A stretch of DNA of 62,268 bases from Eubacteriales bacterium. GTDB taxonomy: Bacteria; Bacillota; Clostridia; Oscillospirales; CAG-272. How positions within the stretch are numbered: the first letter of the stretch is position 1; every line of letters begins with the position of its first letter. The position numbers and the translations under genes are program-made. The notes below the pieces were generated by a model. That model searched no databases. It saw only the letters and a list, made by a program, of their open reading frames with translations, and was not told where the DNA came from. The stretch is from the NCBI GenBank assembly GCA_045617585.1, contig JAZLIW010000184.1, positions 1-62,268 on the forward strand. The letters are read 5' to 3'. Below are positions 18,896-27,731 of this stretch, one piece after another.

Positions 18896-21800
18896 ATGCG
18901 TCTGAAATCCCTGGAGCTGCAGGGCTTCAAGTCCTTCCCCGACAAAACGACGCTCGAATTCACGGGCGGCGTCACCGCCGTCCTTGGACCGAACGGGAGC
19001 GGAAAATCCAATATTTCCGACGCCGTCCGCTGGGTCCTCGGAGAACTTTCTTCAAAAAACATCCGCGGGACGAAAATGGAGGACGTCATCTTAGGCGGCT
19101 CCGATACCCGCCGCCCGATGAGCTACGCCGAGGTCACGATGACCATCGACAACACGGAGGGAGACAGTCACCTTTCCTCCGACGCGGACGAGGTCTCGGT
19201 GACGAGACGCTTCTTCCGCTCGGGCAACTCGGAGTATCTGATCAACCGCAAGCCGGTCCGTCTGCGCGACATCAACGAGCTGTTCATGAACACCGGCCTC
19301 GGGAAATCCGGGTATTCCATCATCGGACAGGGCAAGATCGCCGAGATCATCTCGCAGAAGAGCGAGGACCGGCGAAGGATCTTTGAAGAAGCGGCGGGGA
19401 TCTCGAAATACCGCTACCAGAAGACCGACGCGGAGAAGAAGCTCGCTGAGGTCGACGACAACGCCATCCGTCTGAACGACATCCTGACCGAGCTTTCCAA
19501 GCGGGTCCGTCAGCTGGAACGGGACGCCGAAAAGGCAAAGGTCTATCTGTCCGTCTACGAGGACAAGAAGTGCGCCGACGTCTCTCTGTGGCTCTACGAG
19601 ACCGCTCGGCTGAAGGAGCGCTTCGAGGACAGCGAAACGAAATACGCCGGGGCGAAGTTAAGTCTTGAAGCGGCAGACCGTGAAAACGAGGACCTGGAAA
19701 AGAAGAGCGAGGCCCTCTACGAGGAGGTCCTGTCCGAACGCTCCTCCGAGGAGGAAGCGTCCGCAAAGCTGCGTGATCTCGCCGAAAAGCGGCGTGCCGC
19801 GGAAAGCCGCGGGACCATCCTCGGACACGATATCGAACACTATACCGAGCAGATCCGTGCCGCCGAGGCGGATATCGCACTGCTCGCCGGGGAGATCGGA
19901 AAGGCTGAGGCGGAGGAAGCCCGCCTGACGGATCTCATCGCGGAGAAAAAGGCGGAGCTGATCGGAAAAGAGCGGGACGCGGTCACCAACCGCACCGAAA
20001 GCGAAGTGCTCGAGACGGCTCTGACCGAAGAGGAAAACCGCGCGCTGAACGTGGACGACCGCCTGATCGGCGTGCGCGACGATCTCTCGGACGCGCGGAT
20101 CGCGCTCAGTGAGCTGGAAGGCTCCCACAAGACCGACGTCACCCGCGGCAGTGACCTCTCCGGCGAAAAGGAAAAGATCGCCGCCCAGACCGAAATGCTC
20201 GTTTCCCGCATCGGGAAGGCGGACGAGGCCATCGCGCTCTATCAGGCAAGGATTACCGAGCAGGAAAACGGGATCGCGGATCTGCGCAGACAGCTCGGCA
20301 AAACGGAGGACGATATCGCTGCCTGCCGGGAAAAGGCTGGCGAGCTCACGGTCTCCCTCTCCTCCAAAAAACAGCGTGCCGACGCCCTGCGCCGGATGGA
20401 CGAGCACTTCGAGGGCTATCAGCAGAGCGTCCGCTTCGTCATGAACGAGGCGGCGGCAGGCAGGCTGCGCGGCATCCGCGGGCCGATCTCCAAGCTGATC
20501 CGGGTCGACGCGCGGCACACCGTCGCGATCGAGACGGCACTCGGCGCCAATCTGCAGAACGTCGTCGTCGACGACGAGGCGGCGGCAAAAGCTGCGATCG
20601 CCGACCTGAAGGCGAATAACGCCGGCCGCTGCACCTTCTATCCGATCTCTTCGATCCGTTCCCAAAGCCTCCCCGTCTCCCGGAATGTGCTGGAAAACCA
20701 GCGCGGCTTCCTCGGCGCGGCGGACGAGCTCTGCGAATGCGACGGAGCTTATAAGGAGATTCTCTCCAACCTGCTCGGCAGGACGGCGGTCTTCGACACG
20801 CTCGATCACGCCTCCGTCACCGCGAAGGCGCTCGGCTATAAGTTCCGCATCGTCACCCTCGACGGTCAGCTCATCAACGCCGGCGGTTCCTTTACCGGCG
20901 GCTCGGTCAAGCGAGACAGCGGGATGCTGACCCGCTCCGCCGAGATCGAAAAGCTGACAGCGGAGGCAAAAAGCACGGAGGACGAACTTGCCGCCGTGCG
21001 GGAGAAACAGAAGGAACTGCTCGATACCCTTCCCGCGATGAAGGACGGGATCTCGGACGCGGACGCGCAGATCTCCCTGTTCTCCACCATGCTGCAGGCG
21101 GAAAGCACCCAGCGCGAGGTCCTTCGCTCCCAGAAGGAAGCGAACGATGCGCGCATCGCGGAGCTGGATGCCTCCCTCGGCTCCCTCGACGCGGAGCGCG
21201 AGCAGTATAACGCCGATCACAAGGAACTGGAAGACCGCATCGCCGGGCTCGAGGAGGAGGAAGCCTCCCTGCTTGCCGAGGCGGACGCCGTCACGGAAAA
21301 GACCCACGAGCTGAACGGAAAGATCCTTGAAAACACCCGTGTTTTCAACGCGCTCCAGCTGGAGATCACCGTCCTGAAAAAGGATCTGGAGACAGCGGGG
21401 CTCGCGCAGGAGAACGCACGCCTTACCGCGGAAGCGGCGCAGGCGCGGAAAGCAGCCAAGGAAAACGATAAAGAAGGTCTCACCGCGAGAAAAACGCTGG
21501 CGGAGACCTCAAGAAAAACGGCGAACGACGATACCGAGACGCTGGAGAAGGAACTGAAGGAAGCCGAAGCGGCGCTGCGGGACCTGACCGCGCGCGGCTC
21601 CGAGCTGGAACGGAAGCAGAACGTCATCCGGGAACAGATCAAGGAAAAGTCGAAGGAACGGGAGCTGCTCTTCCGTGAGGTGACCACGCTCGAAAGCACC
21701 GTGGAACAGCTCCGCGGCGACATCGACCGCGCCGCCGCGCGGATGTGGGACGACTACGAGCTCACCTATTCCACCGCCGAGGCGCTCGCCTATCCCCCGG

Positions 21801-22492
21801 TCACCGCGGAAAACCGCGCGGAGATCTCCTCCCGCCGCGAGGCGCTGCGTCTCCAGCTGAAAAAGCTCGGGAACGTCAACGCGAACGCCATCGAGGAATA
21901 CCGCACGGAAAAGGAACGCTTCGACTTCTCGGACGCGCAGTTCAGGGACCTGACCAAGGCAAGAGAAGAACTGACCGGCATCATCAAACGGCTCGACGAG
22001 GAGATGAAGACCCGCTTCGCCGACGCGGTGCGGGACATCAACCGCAACTTCCAGATCATCTTCCGTGAGCTGTTCGACGGCGGGAACGCGGAGATCCGTC
22101 TTTCCGATCCGACGAACATCCTGGAGAGCGGCATCGAGATCAACGCCGCGCCTCCCGGAAAGGTCATCAAAAGCATGAGCCTGATGTCGGGCGGCGAGCA
22201 GTCGTATACCGCGATCGCGCTGATCTTCGCGATCCTCAACGTCAACCCCACCCCGTTCTGTATCTTCGACGAGATCGAGGCGGGGCTCGACGAGGTCAAC
22301 GTCGCGCGGTTTGCCGCTTATATGCGCCGCTATTCGCAGAAGACGCAGTTCCTCGTCATCACACACCGCCGCGGCACCATGGAGTCCGCGGATATGATCT
22401 ACGGCGTCACGATGCCGGAGCGCGGGATCTCCCGCGTCATCGGCATGAACGTCAACGAGGTCGAGCAAAAGATTGGAGTGACACTCAAATGA
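18896..22492 (+). CDS. smc: Chromosome segregation protein SMC
   Basis: 1198 aa. Walker A GPNGSGKSN, long coiled coils, hinge, C-terminal LSGGEQ and Walker B FCIFDEIEAGLD. Confidence 0.95.
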   Translation: MRLKSLELQGFKSFPDKTTLEFTGGVTAVLGPNGSGKSNISDAVRWVLGELSSKNIRGTKMEDVILGGSDTRRPMSYAEVTMTIDNTEGDSHLSSDADEVSVTRRFFRSGNSEYLINRKPVRLRDINELFMNTGLGKSGYSIIGQGKIAEIISQKSEDRRRIFEEAAGISKYRYQKTDAEKKLAEVDDNAIRLNDILTELSKRVRQLERDAEKAKVYLSVYEDKKCADVSLWLYETARLKERFEDSETKYAGAKLSLEAADRENEDLEKKSEALYEEVLSERSSEEEASAKLRDLAEKRRAAESRGTILGHDIEHYTEQIRAAEADIALLAGEIGKAEAEEARLTDLIAEKKAELIGKERDAVTNRTESEVLETALTEEENRALNVDDRLIGVRDDLSDARIALSELEGSHKTDVTRGSDLSGEKEKIAAQTEMLVSRIGKADEAIALYQARITEQENGIADLRRQLGKTEDDIAACREKAGELTVSLSSKKQRADALRRMDEHFEGYQQSVRFVMNEAAAGRLRGIRGPISKLIRVDARHTVAIETALGANLQNVVVDDEAAAKAAIADLKANNAGRCTFYPISSIRSQSLPVSRNVLENQRGFLGAADELCECDGAYKEILSNLLGRTAVFDTLDHASVTAKALGYKFRIVTLDGQLINAGGSFTGGSVKRDSGMLTRSAEIEKLTAEAKSTEDELAAVREKQKELLDTLPAMKDGISDADAQISLFSTMLQAESTQREVLRSQKEANDARIAELDASLGSLDAEREQYNADHKELEDRIAGLEEEEASLLAEADAVTEKTHELNGKILENTRVFNALQLEITVLKKDLETAGLAQENARLTAEAAQARKAAKENDKEGLTARKTLAETSRKTANDDTETLEKELKEAEAALRDLTARGSELERKQNVIREQIKEKSKERELLFREVTTLESTVEQLRGDIDRAAARMWDDYELTYSTAEALAYPPVTAENRAEISSRREALRLQLKKLGNVNANAIEEYRTEKERFDFSDAQFRDLTKAREELTGIIKRLDEEMKTRFADAVRDINRNFQIIFRELFDGGNAEIRLSDPTNILESGIEINAAPPGKVIKSMSLMSGGEQSYTAIALIFAILNVNPTPFCIFDEIEAGLDEVNVARFAAYMRRYSQKTQFLVITHRRGTMESADMIYGVTMPERGISRVIGMNVNEVEQKIGVTLK

Positions 22493-23394
22493 GTTTTTTC
22501 GATAAGCTGAAAGCCGGACTGGCAAAAACGAGACAGTCGATCTTCGGACAGGTCGGCCGTCTGTTCCGCGGCTTCACCAAAGTGGACGAGGAGCTCCTGG
22601 AGGAGCTGGAAGAGCTTCTCCTTGCCGCCGACGTCGGGATGCCGACGACCGAGGAGATCCTCGGAAAACTGCGGGAAAAGATCAAAAAGGAAGGCATCAC
22701 CGACGCGGAGGACTGCCGCCTCGCCCTGATGCAGATCATGGAGGGCATGATCGGAGAGGGAGAACCGCTCCGCCTCGACACCGCGCCCTCGGTCATCCTC
22801 GTCATCGGCGTCAACGGGGTCGGAAAGACCACGTCGATCGCCAAGATCGCGCATTTTCTGAAGGAGGACGGCAAAAAGGTCCTCCTCGCCGCCGCCGACA
22901 CCTTCCGTGCCGCCGCCATCGACCAGCTTGAGGTCTGGGCGGAGCGGGCGGGCGTCGACCTGATCCGTCAGTCGGAGGGCTCCGATCCCGCCGCCGTCGT
23001 CTTTGACGCCGCGAAGGCGGCAAAGGCAAGGAACGCCGACGTCCTGATCGTCGATACCGCCGGCAGACTTCACAACAAAAAGAACCTGATGGACGAGCTT
23101 GCCAAGATCAACCGCGTCATCGACCGCGAGCTGCCCGGCTGCAGCCGCGAGAACCTGCTGGTCCTCGACGCGACGACGGGGCAGAACGCGATCCGTCAGG
23201 CCAAGGAATTCGAAAACACCGCAGCGCTGACCGGGCTGATCCTGACCAAGCTGGACGGCACCGCCAAGGGCGGCGCGGTCCTCTCCATCCGCAAGGAGCT
23301 GAACGTCCCGGTCAAATTCATCGGCGTCGGCGAAAAGCTGGACGATATGCAGCCCTTCTCGTCCTCCGATTTCGTTACCGCGCTGTTCGACTGA
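22489..23394 (+). CDS. ftsY: Signal recognition particle receptor FtsY
   Basis: GVNGVGKTTSIAK, DTAGRL, TKLDGTAKGG. ATGA overlap with smc. Confidence 0.9.
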   Translation: MSFFDKLKAGLAKTRQSIFGQVGRLFRGFTKVDEELLEELEELLLAADVGMPTTEEILGKLREKIKKEGITDAEDCRLALMQIMEGMIGEGEPLRLDTAPSVILVIGVNGVGKTTSIAKIAHFLKEDGKKVLLAAADTFRAAAIDQLEVWAERAGVDLIRQSEGSDPAAVVFDAAKAAKARNADVLIVDTAGRLHNKKNLMDELAKINRVIDRELPGCSRENLLVLDATTGQNAIRQAKEFENTAALTGLILTKLDGTAKGGAVLSIRKELNVPVKFIGVGEKLDDMQPFSSSDFVTALFD

Positions 23395-23414
23395 GAGAAA
23401 CGGGGGAAAACGGA

Positions 23415-24035
23415 ATGAAAACCGTCGTACTGGCATCGAGAAACCGGCACAAGATCAAAGAGATGGAGGTCCTCCTCGCTTCCCTGCTGCCCGAGGAGGA
23501 GATCCGCATCCTGTCGCTCGACGATATCGGCTATGCCGGTGACATCGAGGAGGACGGGACTACCTTTGAGGAAAATTCCCGCATTAAGGCAGCGGTCCCC
23601 GCGGCGCTCGGCTATATCGGCATCGCGGACGATTCCGGACTGGAGGTGGACGCGCTGAACGGCGCGCCCGGCGTCTATTCCGCCCGCTACGCTGACGAGG
23701 AGGGCGTGCCCCATTCCGACGAGGCGAACAACGACAAGCTGCTGCGGAACCTGAAGGACGTCCCGGACGAAAAGCGCACCGCGCGCTTCGTCTCCTGCCT
23801 TTCCCTCGTCATGCCGGACGGCAGCTTCTTTACCGTCCGCGGCACCTGCGAGGGCGTCATGCTGTGGGAACGCAGAGGGACCGGCGGCTTCGGCTACGAT
23901 CCTCTGTTCTACCATCCTCCGCTCGGCAAGACCTTCGCGGAGCTGACCCCGGACGAAAAAAACAGCGTGAGCCACCGTGCGCACGCCGCCGTCCTCTTTG
24001 CCGCGGAATGGAGGAAATTCTTCTCCCATGCGTGA
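23415..24035 (+). CDS. rdgB: XTP/dITP diphosphatase (RdgB/HAM1 family)
   Basis: SRNRHKIKE...FEENSRIKA...DDSGLEVDALNGAPGVYSARY...GFGYDPLF. Confidence 0.85.
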   Translation: MKTVVLASRNRHKIKEMEVLLASLLPEEEIRILSLDDIGYAGDIEEDGTTFEENSRIKAAVPAALGYIGIADDSGLEVDALNGAPGVYSARYADEEGVPHSDEANNDKLLRNLKDVPDEKRTARFVSCLSLVMPDGSFFTVRGTCEGVMLWERRGTGGFGYDPLFYHPPLGKTFAELTPDEKNSVSHRAHAAVLFAAEWRKFFSHA

Positions 24036-25257
24036 GATCGGCATCTACGGCGGGACCTTTGCCCCGGTCCATCTGGGACACGTCCGTGCCGTCACGAGCG
24101 CCCTCGCCTCCGTCCCGCTCGACCTTCTGTACGTCATCCCCGCCGGGATCCCGCCGCACAAGCGGCTGACCGCCGGGGACGATCCCGGGGACCGGCTCGC
24201 CATGCTCCGCATCGCCTTCCGTGACGCGGATCCGCGCGTCGTGGTCTCGGATCACGAGATCCGTGCCGCGGGCACGAGCTATACCGCGCTGACCCTGAAG
24301 CACTTTGCGGAAAACGGCGATCACCTGACCTTCTTCTGCGGGACCGATATGTTCGAGACGCTGGAAACGTGGTACCGCCCCGATCTCGTCTTTTCCCTCG
24401 CGCGGATCGTGCATCTGCGCAGAGAGAACTGCACGGGCGCTGATCTCGAACGCTTCGCCGCTCTGCAAAAAAGGTACGAAACGGTTTACGGCGCAAGGAT
24501 CCTCCAGCTCGACGCGCCGCCGCTCGTCATGTCCTCCACCGAGGTGCGCCGCCGCGCCGCCGCCGGGCTTTCCCTCCGCGGATGGGTACCGGACGGCGTC
24601 GGGGACTATATCCTCTCCCACTGTCTGTACGGCGCGCCCTATACCGAAAGCGCGCTTGCCGAAGAGGTCGGCAGGATCCTCGGCGGCGGATACCGCTTCG
24701 CGCACACCTGCGGCGTCGTCAAGGAGTGCCGGCGTCTTGCCGGGCTGTACGGTCTGAACGCCGACGAAACGGCAGAGCTGACCGTCGCGGCGTATCTGCA
24801 CGACGTGACCAAGCCGATGAAGCCGGAGGAGCACCTGGATTATCTCCGGGCGCACGGCTTCCCCGTCGGAGTGACCGAGCTCCGGTCGCCGAAAACGCTC
24901 CATTCCCTGACCGGTTCGATCTACGCAAGGGAAAATTTCCCTGCCCTGACCGGGGACCGGGTCTATGAAGCGATCCGCTGCCACACCACCGGAAAAAAAG
25001 GCATGACCCTGTTCGAGAAGCTATTGTACCTCGCCGATTATATCGAGGAAGGAAGGACCTTCCCCGACTGCGTCGCCCTCCGGTCATACTTTGACCGAAG
25101 AGTCAGGGAGGAAGGCGCCTCCCTCACCGTCCTGAACGACACGCTGATCCTTTCCTTCGATATGACGGTCAAAGGACTGCGTGAGGAAAACGCGTTCATT
25201 CACCCCGATACGGCCGAGGCAAGAGCCGATCTCGCTGCCTGCGCCGAAACGAAATGA
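24028..25257 (+). CDS. nadD: Fusion protein: nicotinate-nucleotide adenylyltransferase NadD (N-terminal) plus YqeK-type HD phosphohydrolase (C-terminal)
   Basis: MREIGIYGGTFAPVHLGHV (HxGH motif) and SSTEVRRR in the first ~200 aa, then HD-domain residues AAYLHDVTK and LLYLADYIEEGR, all in one uninterrupted frame. The start overlaps the rdgB stop. Confidence 0.85.
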   Translation: MREIGIYGGTFAPVHLGHVRAVTSALASVPLDLLYVIPAGIPPHKRLTAGDDPGDRLAMLRIAFRDADPRVVVSDHEIRAAGTSYTALTLKHFAENGDHLTFFCGTDMFETLETWYRPDLVFSLARIVHLRRENCTGADLERFAALQKRYETVYGARILQLDAPPLVMSSTEVRRRAAAGLSLRGWVPDGVGDYILSHCLYGAPYTESALAEEVGRILGGGYRFAHTCGVVKECRRLAGLYGLNADETAELTVAAYLHDVTKPMKPEEHLDYLRAHGFPVGVTELRSPKTLHSLTGSIYARENFPALTGDRVYEAIRCHTTGKKGMTLFEKLLYLADYIEEGRTFPDCVALRSYFDRRVREEGASLTVLNDTLILSFDMTVKGLREENAFIHPDTAEARADLAACAETK

Positions 25258-25286
25258 CCGGAGCACGATCCGGGAAAGGAATCATT

Positions 25287-25679
25287 ATGGAAGAAGAAAT
25301 CGAAGTCAAGAATCTGTCCGAAGCCGATCCCCGCACCGTCGCGGAGGAGATCGTCAGAGTCCTCGACCGCCACAAGGCGGGTTCCATCCGTCTGCTCGCC
25401 GTCAGCGACAAAACGGTGATCGCCGACTATTTCGTCATCTGCCAGGGGAATTCCTCCACGCAGGTCAAGGGCCTTGCCGACGAGGTGGAATACCGCCTCG
25501 GCCTCGATCAGGTGGACGCCCTCCGCAGAGAAGGCGTGGACGCCTCGTCCTGGGTGCTGATCGATTACGGCGCGGTCATCGTCCACATTTTCCAGCCCGA
25601 GGAGCGCAAGTTCTACAACCTTGAAAAGCTCTGGGGCGACGCGGAAGAGATCGACGTTTCCCCGCTTCTCCTCGACTGA
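25287..25679 (+). CDS. rsfS: Ribosome silencing factor RsfS (iojap)
   Basis: VIADYFVICQGNSSTQVKGLADEV...WVLIDYGAVIVHIFQPEERKFYNLEKLW. The ATG at 25287 is preferred over the ORF-track start at 25254. Confidence 0.85.
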   Translation: MEEEIEVKNLSEADPRTVAEEIVRVLDRHKAGSIRLLAVSDKTVIADYFVICQGNSSTQVKGLADEVEYRLGLDQVDALRREGVDASSWVLIDYGAVIVHIFQPEERKFYNLEKLWGDAEEIDVSPLLLD

Positions 25680-25754
25680 CCGGAACGGGAAAGAAAGCCG
25701 GAAGAACGGGCCCGTGCTGCGTGAAAACTTTTTCCGCTTTTTGAAAAAAAGCAC

Positions 25755-25783
25755 TTGACATCCGTACAAAACGGTTGTATAAT
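25755..25783 (+). promoter_or_regulatory. Consensus sigma-A promoter for rpsU
   Basis: TTGACA (25755-25760), 17 nt, TATAAT (25778-25783). Confidence 0.65.
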
Positions 25784-25845
25784 ACTCAAGAGTAGAATTT
25801 GAAAGAGAATTCTCTTTGCCGCGCAGCGAAGGGAGGGAATATGGA

Positions 25846-26022
25846 ATGAACGAAATCAGAGTCAAGGAAGGCGAGTCGCTCGACAGCGCTCTCCGCAGAT
25901 TCAAGAGACAGTGCCAGCGTTCTGGTGTTCTCGCTGAGGTCCGCAAGAGAGAGTGCTACGAGAAGCCGAGCGTTAAGCGTAAGAAAAAGTCCGAAGCTGC
26001 AAGAAAACGCAAGTATAAGTAA
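25846..26022 (+). CDS. rpsU: 30S ribosomal protein S21
   Basis: [29 protein letters not shown]...RKRKYK. GGAGG lies 9 nt upstream of the ATG at 25846. Confidence 0.9.
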   Translation: MNEIRVKEGESLDSALRRFKRQCQRSGVLAEVRKRECYEKPSVKRKKKSEAARKRKYK

Positions 26023-26033
26023 TTTCCCCCATA

Positions 26034-26062
26034 AGCACCCGTGCTCCGCACGGGTGCTTTTT
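26034..26062 (+). terminator. Rho-independent terminator after rpsU
   Basis: Perfect 10-bp stem agcacccgtg / cacgggtgct, 5-nt loop, then TTTTT. Confidence 0.85.
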
Positions 26063-26186
26063 CGTATCCTTCCGGATGAATCCGAAGACCGTCGTTTCTT
26101 TTCACGAACCGAACGGAGCGCACCGTCATATTCTGTAAGCAGAGGCGAGAGCCTCGAGAATTCAATGAAAAACGGAGCGTACGATT

Positions 26187-26324
26187 ATGAACTGCCTCTG
26201 CAATCTGTTTGACGGGAGCAACCTCTGGATCCTGATCATCATCCTCCTTCTTCTCTTTTACAGCTGCAACGAGGGCGGAAGCTGCGGCTGCGGCGGGAAC
26301 GGCTCCTGCGGCTGCCCCAGATAA
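26187..26324 (+). CDS. Small (45 aa) Cys/Gly-rich single-TM peptide, below the ORF-track size cut-off
   Basis: ATG at 26187 with GGAG 9 nt upstream. Translation MNCLCNLFDGSNLWILIIILLLLFYSCNEGGSCGCGGNGSCGCPR, stop TAA 26322-26324. It has its own terminator at 26438-26463. Confidence 0.55.
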   Translation: MNCLCNLFDGSNLWILIIILLLLFYSCNEGGSCGCGGNGSCGCPR

Positions 26325-26361
26325 CCCCGTTTTCCCGAGCGGAGCCGCTCCCCTGACGTGA

Positions 26362-26420
26362 CCCGGGCTATGCCCGGGCAGGTATGCCGGGCAGGTATGC
26401 CCGGCAGGTATGCCCCGGGG
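26362..26420. repeat. Short tandem repeat, unit GGGCAGGTATGCC x3 plus a degenerate copy, rich in CCCGGG cores
   Basis: Read directly: cccgggctatgcc cgggcaggtatgcc gggcaggtatgccc ggcaggtatgcccc gggg. Confidence 0.8.
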
Positions 26421-26437
26421 AACGGCTCCCGCTCCCC

Positions 26438-26463
26438 GCGCCCTTCGGGGCGCTTTTTCTTTT
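26438..26463 (+). terminator. Rho-independent terminator
   Basis: gcgccc ttcg gggcgc followed by tttttctttt. Confidence 0.75.
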
Positions 26464-26584
26464 CGCGCCCCGCGGGAATCCGCGCAAATTCGCGTCCCCC
26501 TTGCGATTGGGTCTTGCAATACGCGGGAGAGTATGATATGATAGGAAAAAGGGCGCGCTGCCCGAGAAAGGAATCTGATCCGAT

Positions 26585-27730
26585 ATGGAACCCGTTGCGC
26601 TTCTCTCCTGCCGTACCTACGACCGAGCCGAGGTCGGAGCGGCGGTCGAACGTCTCTTTTCCCTGCTTGGGCTCGGCGAAGCGGACTTTGCCGGCAAAAA
26701 GGTCGTCATCAAGCCGAATCTGCTGCTCGGTTACGCACCGGAGCGCGCGGCGACCACGCACCCCGCCGTCGTGGAAGCGGTCGCCCGGCTCGTAAAGACA
26801 TACGGCGCGGCAAGCGTCACCCTCGCGGAGAGCCCCGGCGGGCCCTACCACGCGGGCACCCTCAACGGCATCTACCGCGTCTGCGGGATGCGGGAGGCGG
26901 CGGAAAACGCGGGGATCACGCTGAATCAGGATCTCACCGCGGTCGATCTGCACGCGCCCGACGGCAGGGTCTCCAAAATGTTCCACGTCCTGACGCCGAT
27001 CGCCGAGGCGGACGTGATCCTCGATCTGTGCAAGCTGAAGACGCACGCGCTCGCCGGGATGACCGCCGCGGTCAAGAATCTGTTCGGCGTCATTCCCGGG
27101 ATCGAAAAATTCGAGATGCATTCCCGCTTCCGTGACCCGGACGCCTTCTTCACGATGCTGATCGATCTGTGTCAGACCCTGCGGAGCCGTGCGCGGCTGA
27201 TCTCCGTCTGCGACGCCGTGATCGGCATGGAGGGGGACGGTCCCTCCGGCGGCGATCCCCGCCCGATCGGCTGCCTGCTCGCCTCGGAAGACCCCTTTGC
27301 GCTCGATACGGTCTGCGCTTCCCTGATTTCGACGGAGCCGAAGCAGGTCGGTCTGCTCCGGACCGCGGACGCGCTCGGCGTCTTCCCGATCGGGACCGCG
27401 GTGCCGCTCCTCGGCGACGATCCCGCGTCCTTCACCGTCCCCGACTTCCGTCCCGCGGAAGCGAATATGAAGAGCAAATTCGACCGGACGCCGAAGTTCC
27501 TCGAGCCGCGGCCGGTCATCGACCGGAAGAAATGCGTCGGCTGCGGGACCTGTATGCGCAGCTGCCCCGGCAAGACCATCGTGATGGTCAAAAAGAAAGC
27601 GAAGATCCGCCCGGAGGGCTGCATCCGCTGCTACTGCTGTCAGGAGCTCTGCACCTTCAAGGCGGTCCGGATCAAAAAAAGTATCTTTCTCCGTCTGGTG
27701 CAGGATACGAAAACGAAAGGAGACCGCTGA
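26585..27730 (+). CDS. DUF362 domain protein with C-terminal 2x[4Fe-4S] ferredoxin motifs
   Basis: N-terminal DUF362-type sequence (GKKVVIKPNLL...THPAVVEAV) and C-terminal CVGCGTCMRSCP ... CIRCYCCQELC. Confidence 0.8.
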   Translation: MEPVALLSCRTYDRAEVGAAVERLFSLLGLGEADFAGKKVVIKPNLLLGYAPERAATTHPAVVEAVARLVKTYGAASVTLAESPGGPYHAGTLNGIYRVCGMREAAENAGITLNQDLTAVDLHAPDGRVSKMFHVLTPIAEADVILDLCKLKTHALAGMTAAVKNLFGVIPGIEKFEMHSRFRDPDAFFTMLIDLCQTLRSRARLISVCDAVIGMEGDGPSGGDPRPIGCLLASEDPFALDTVCASLISTEPKQVGLLRTADALGVFPIGTAVPLLGDDPASFTVPDFRPAEANMKSKFDRTPKFLEPRPVIDRKKCVGCGTCMRSCPGKTIVMVKKKAKIRPEGCIRCYCCQELCTFKAVRIKKSIFLRLVQDTKTKGDR

Positions 27731-27731
27731 C

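Noticed and set aside
26362-26420. Possible CRISPR array (also considered for 59878-59931).
   Set aside because: The units are only 13-18 nt and directly abut each other without spacers. There are only 3-4 copies and no cas genes in the window.
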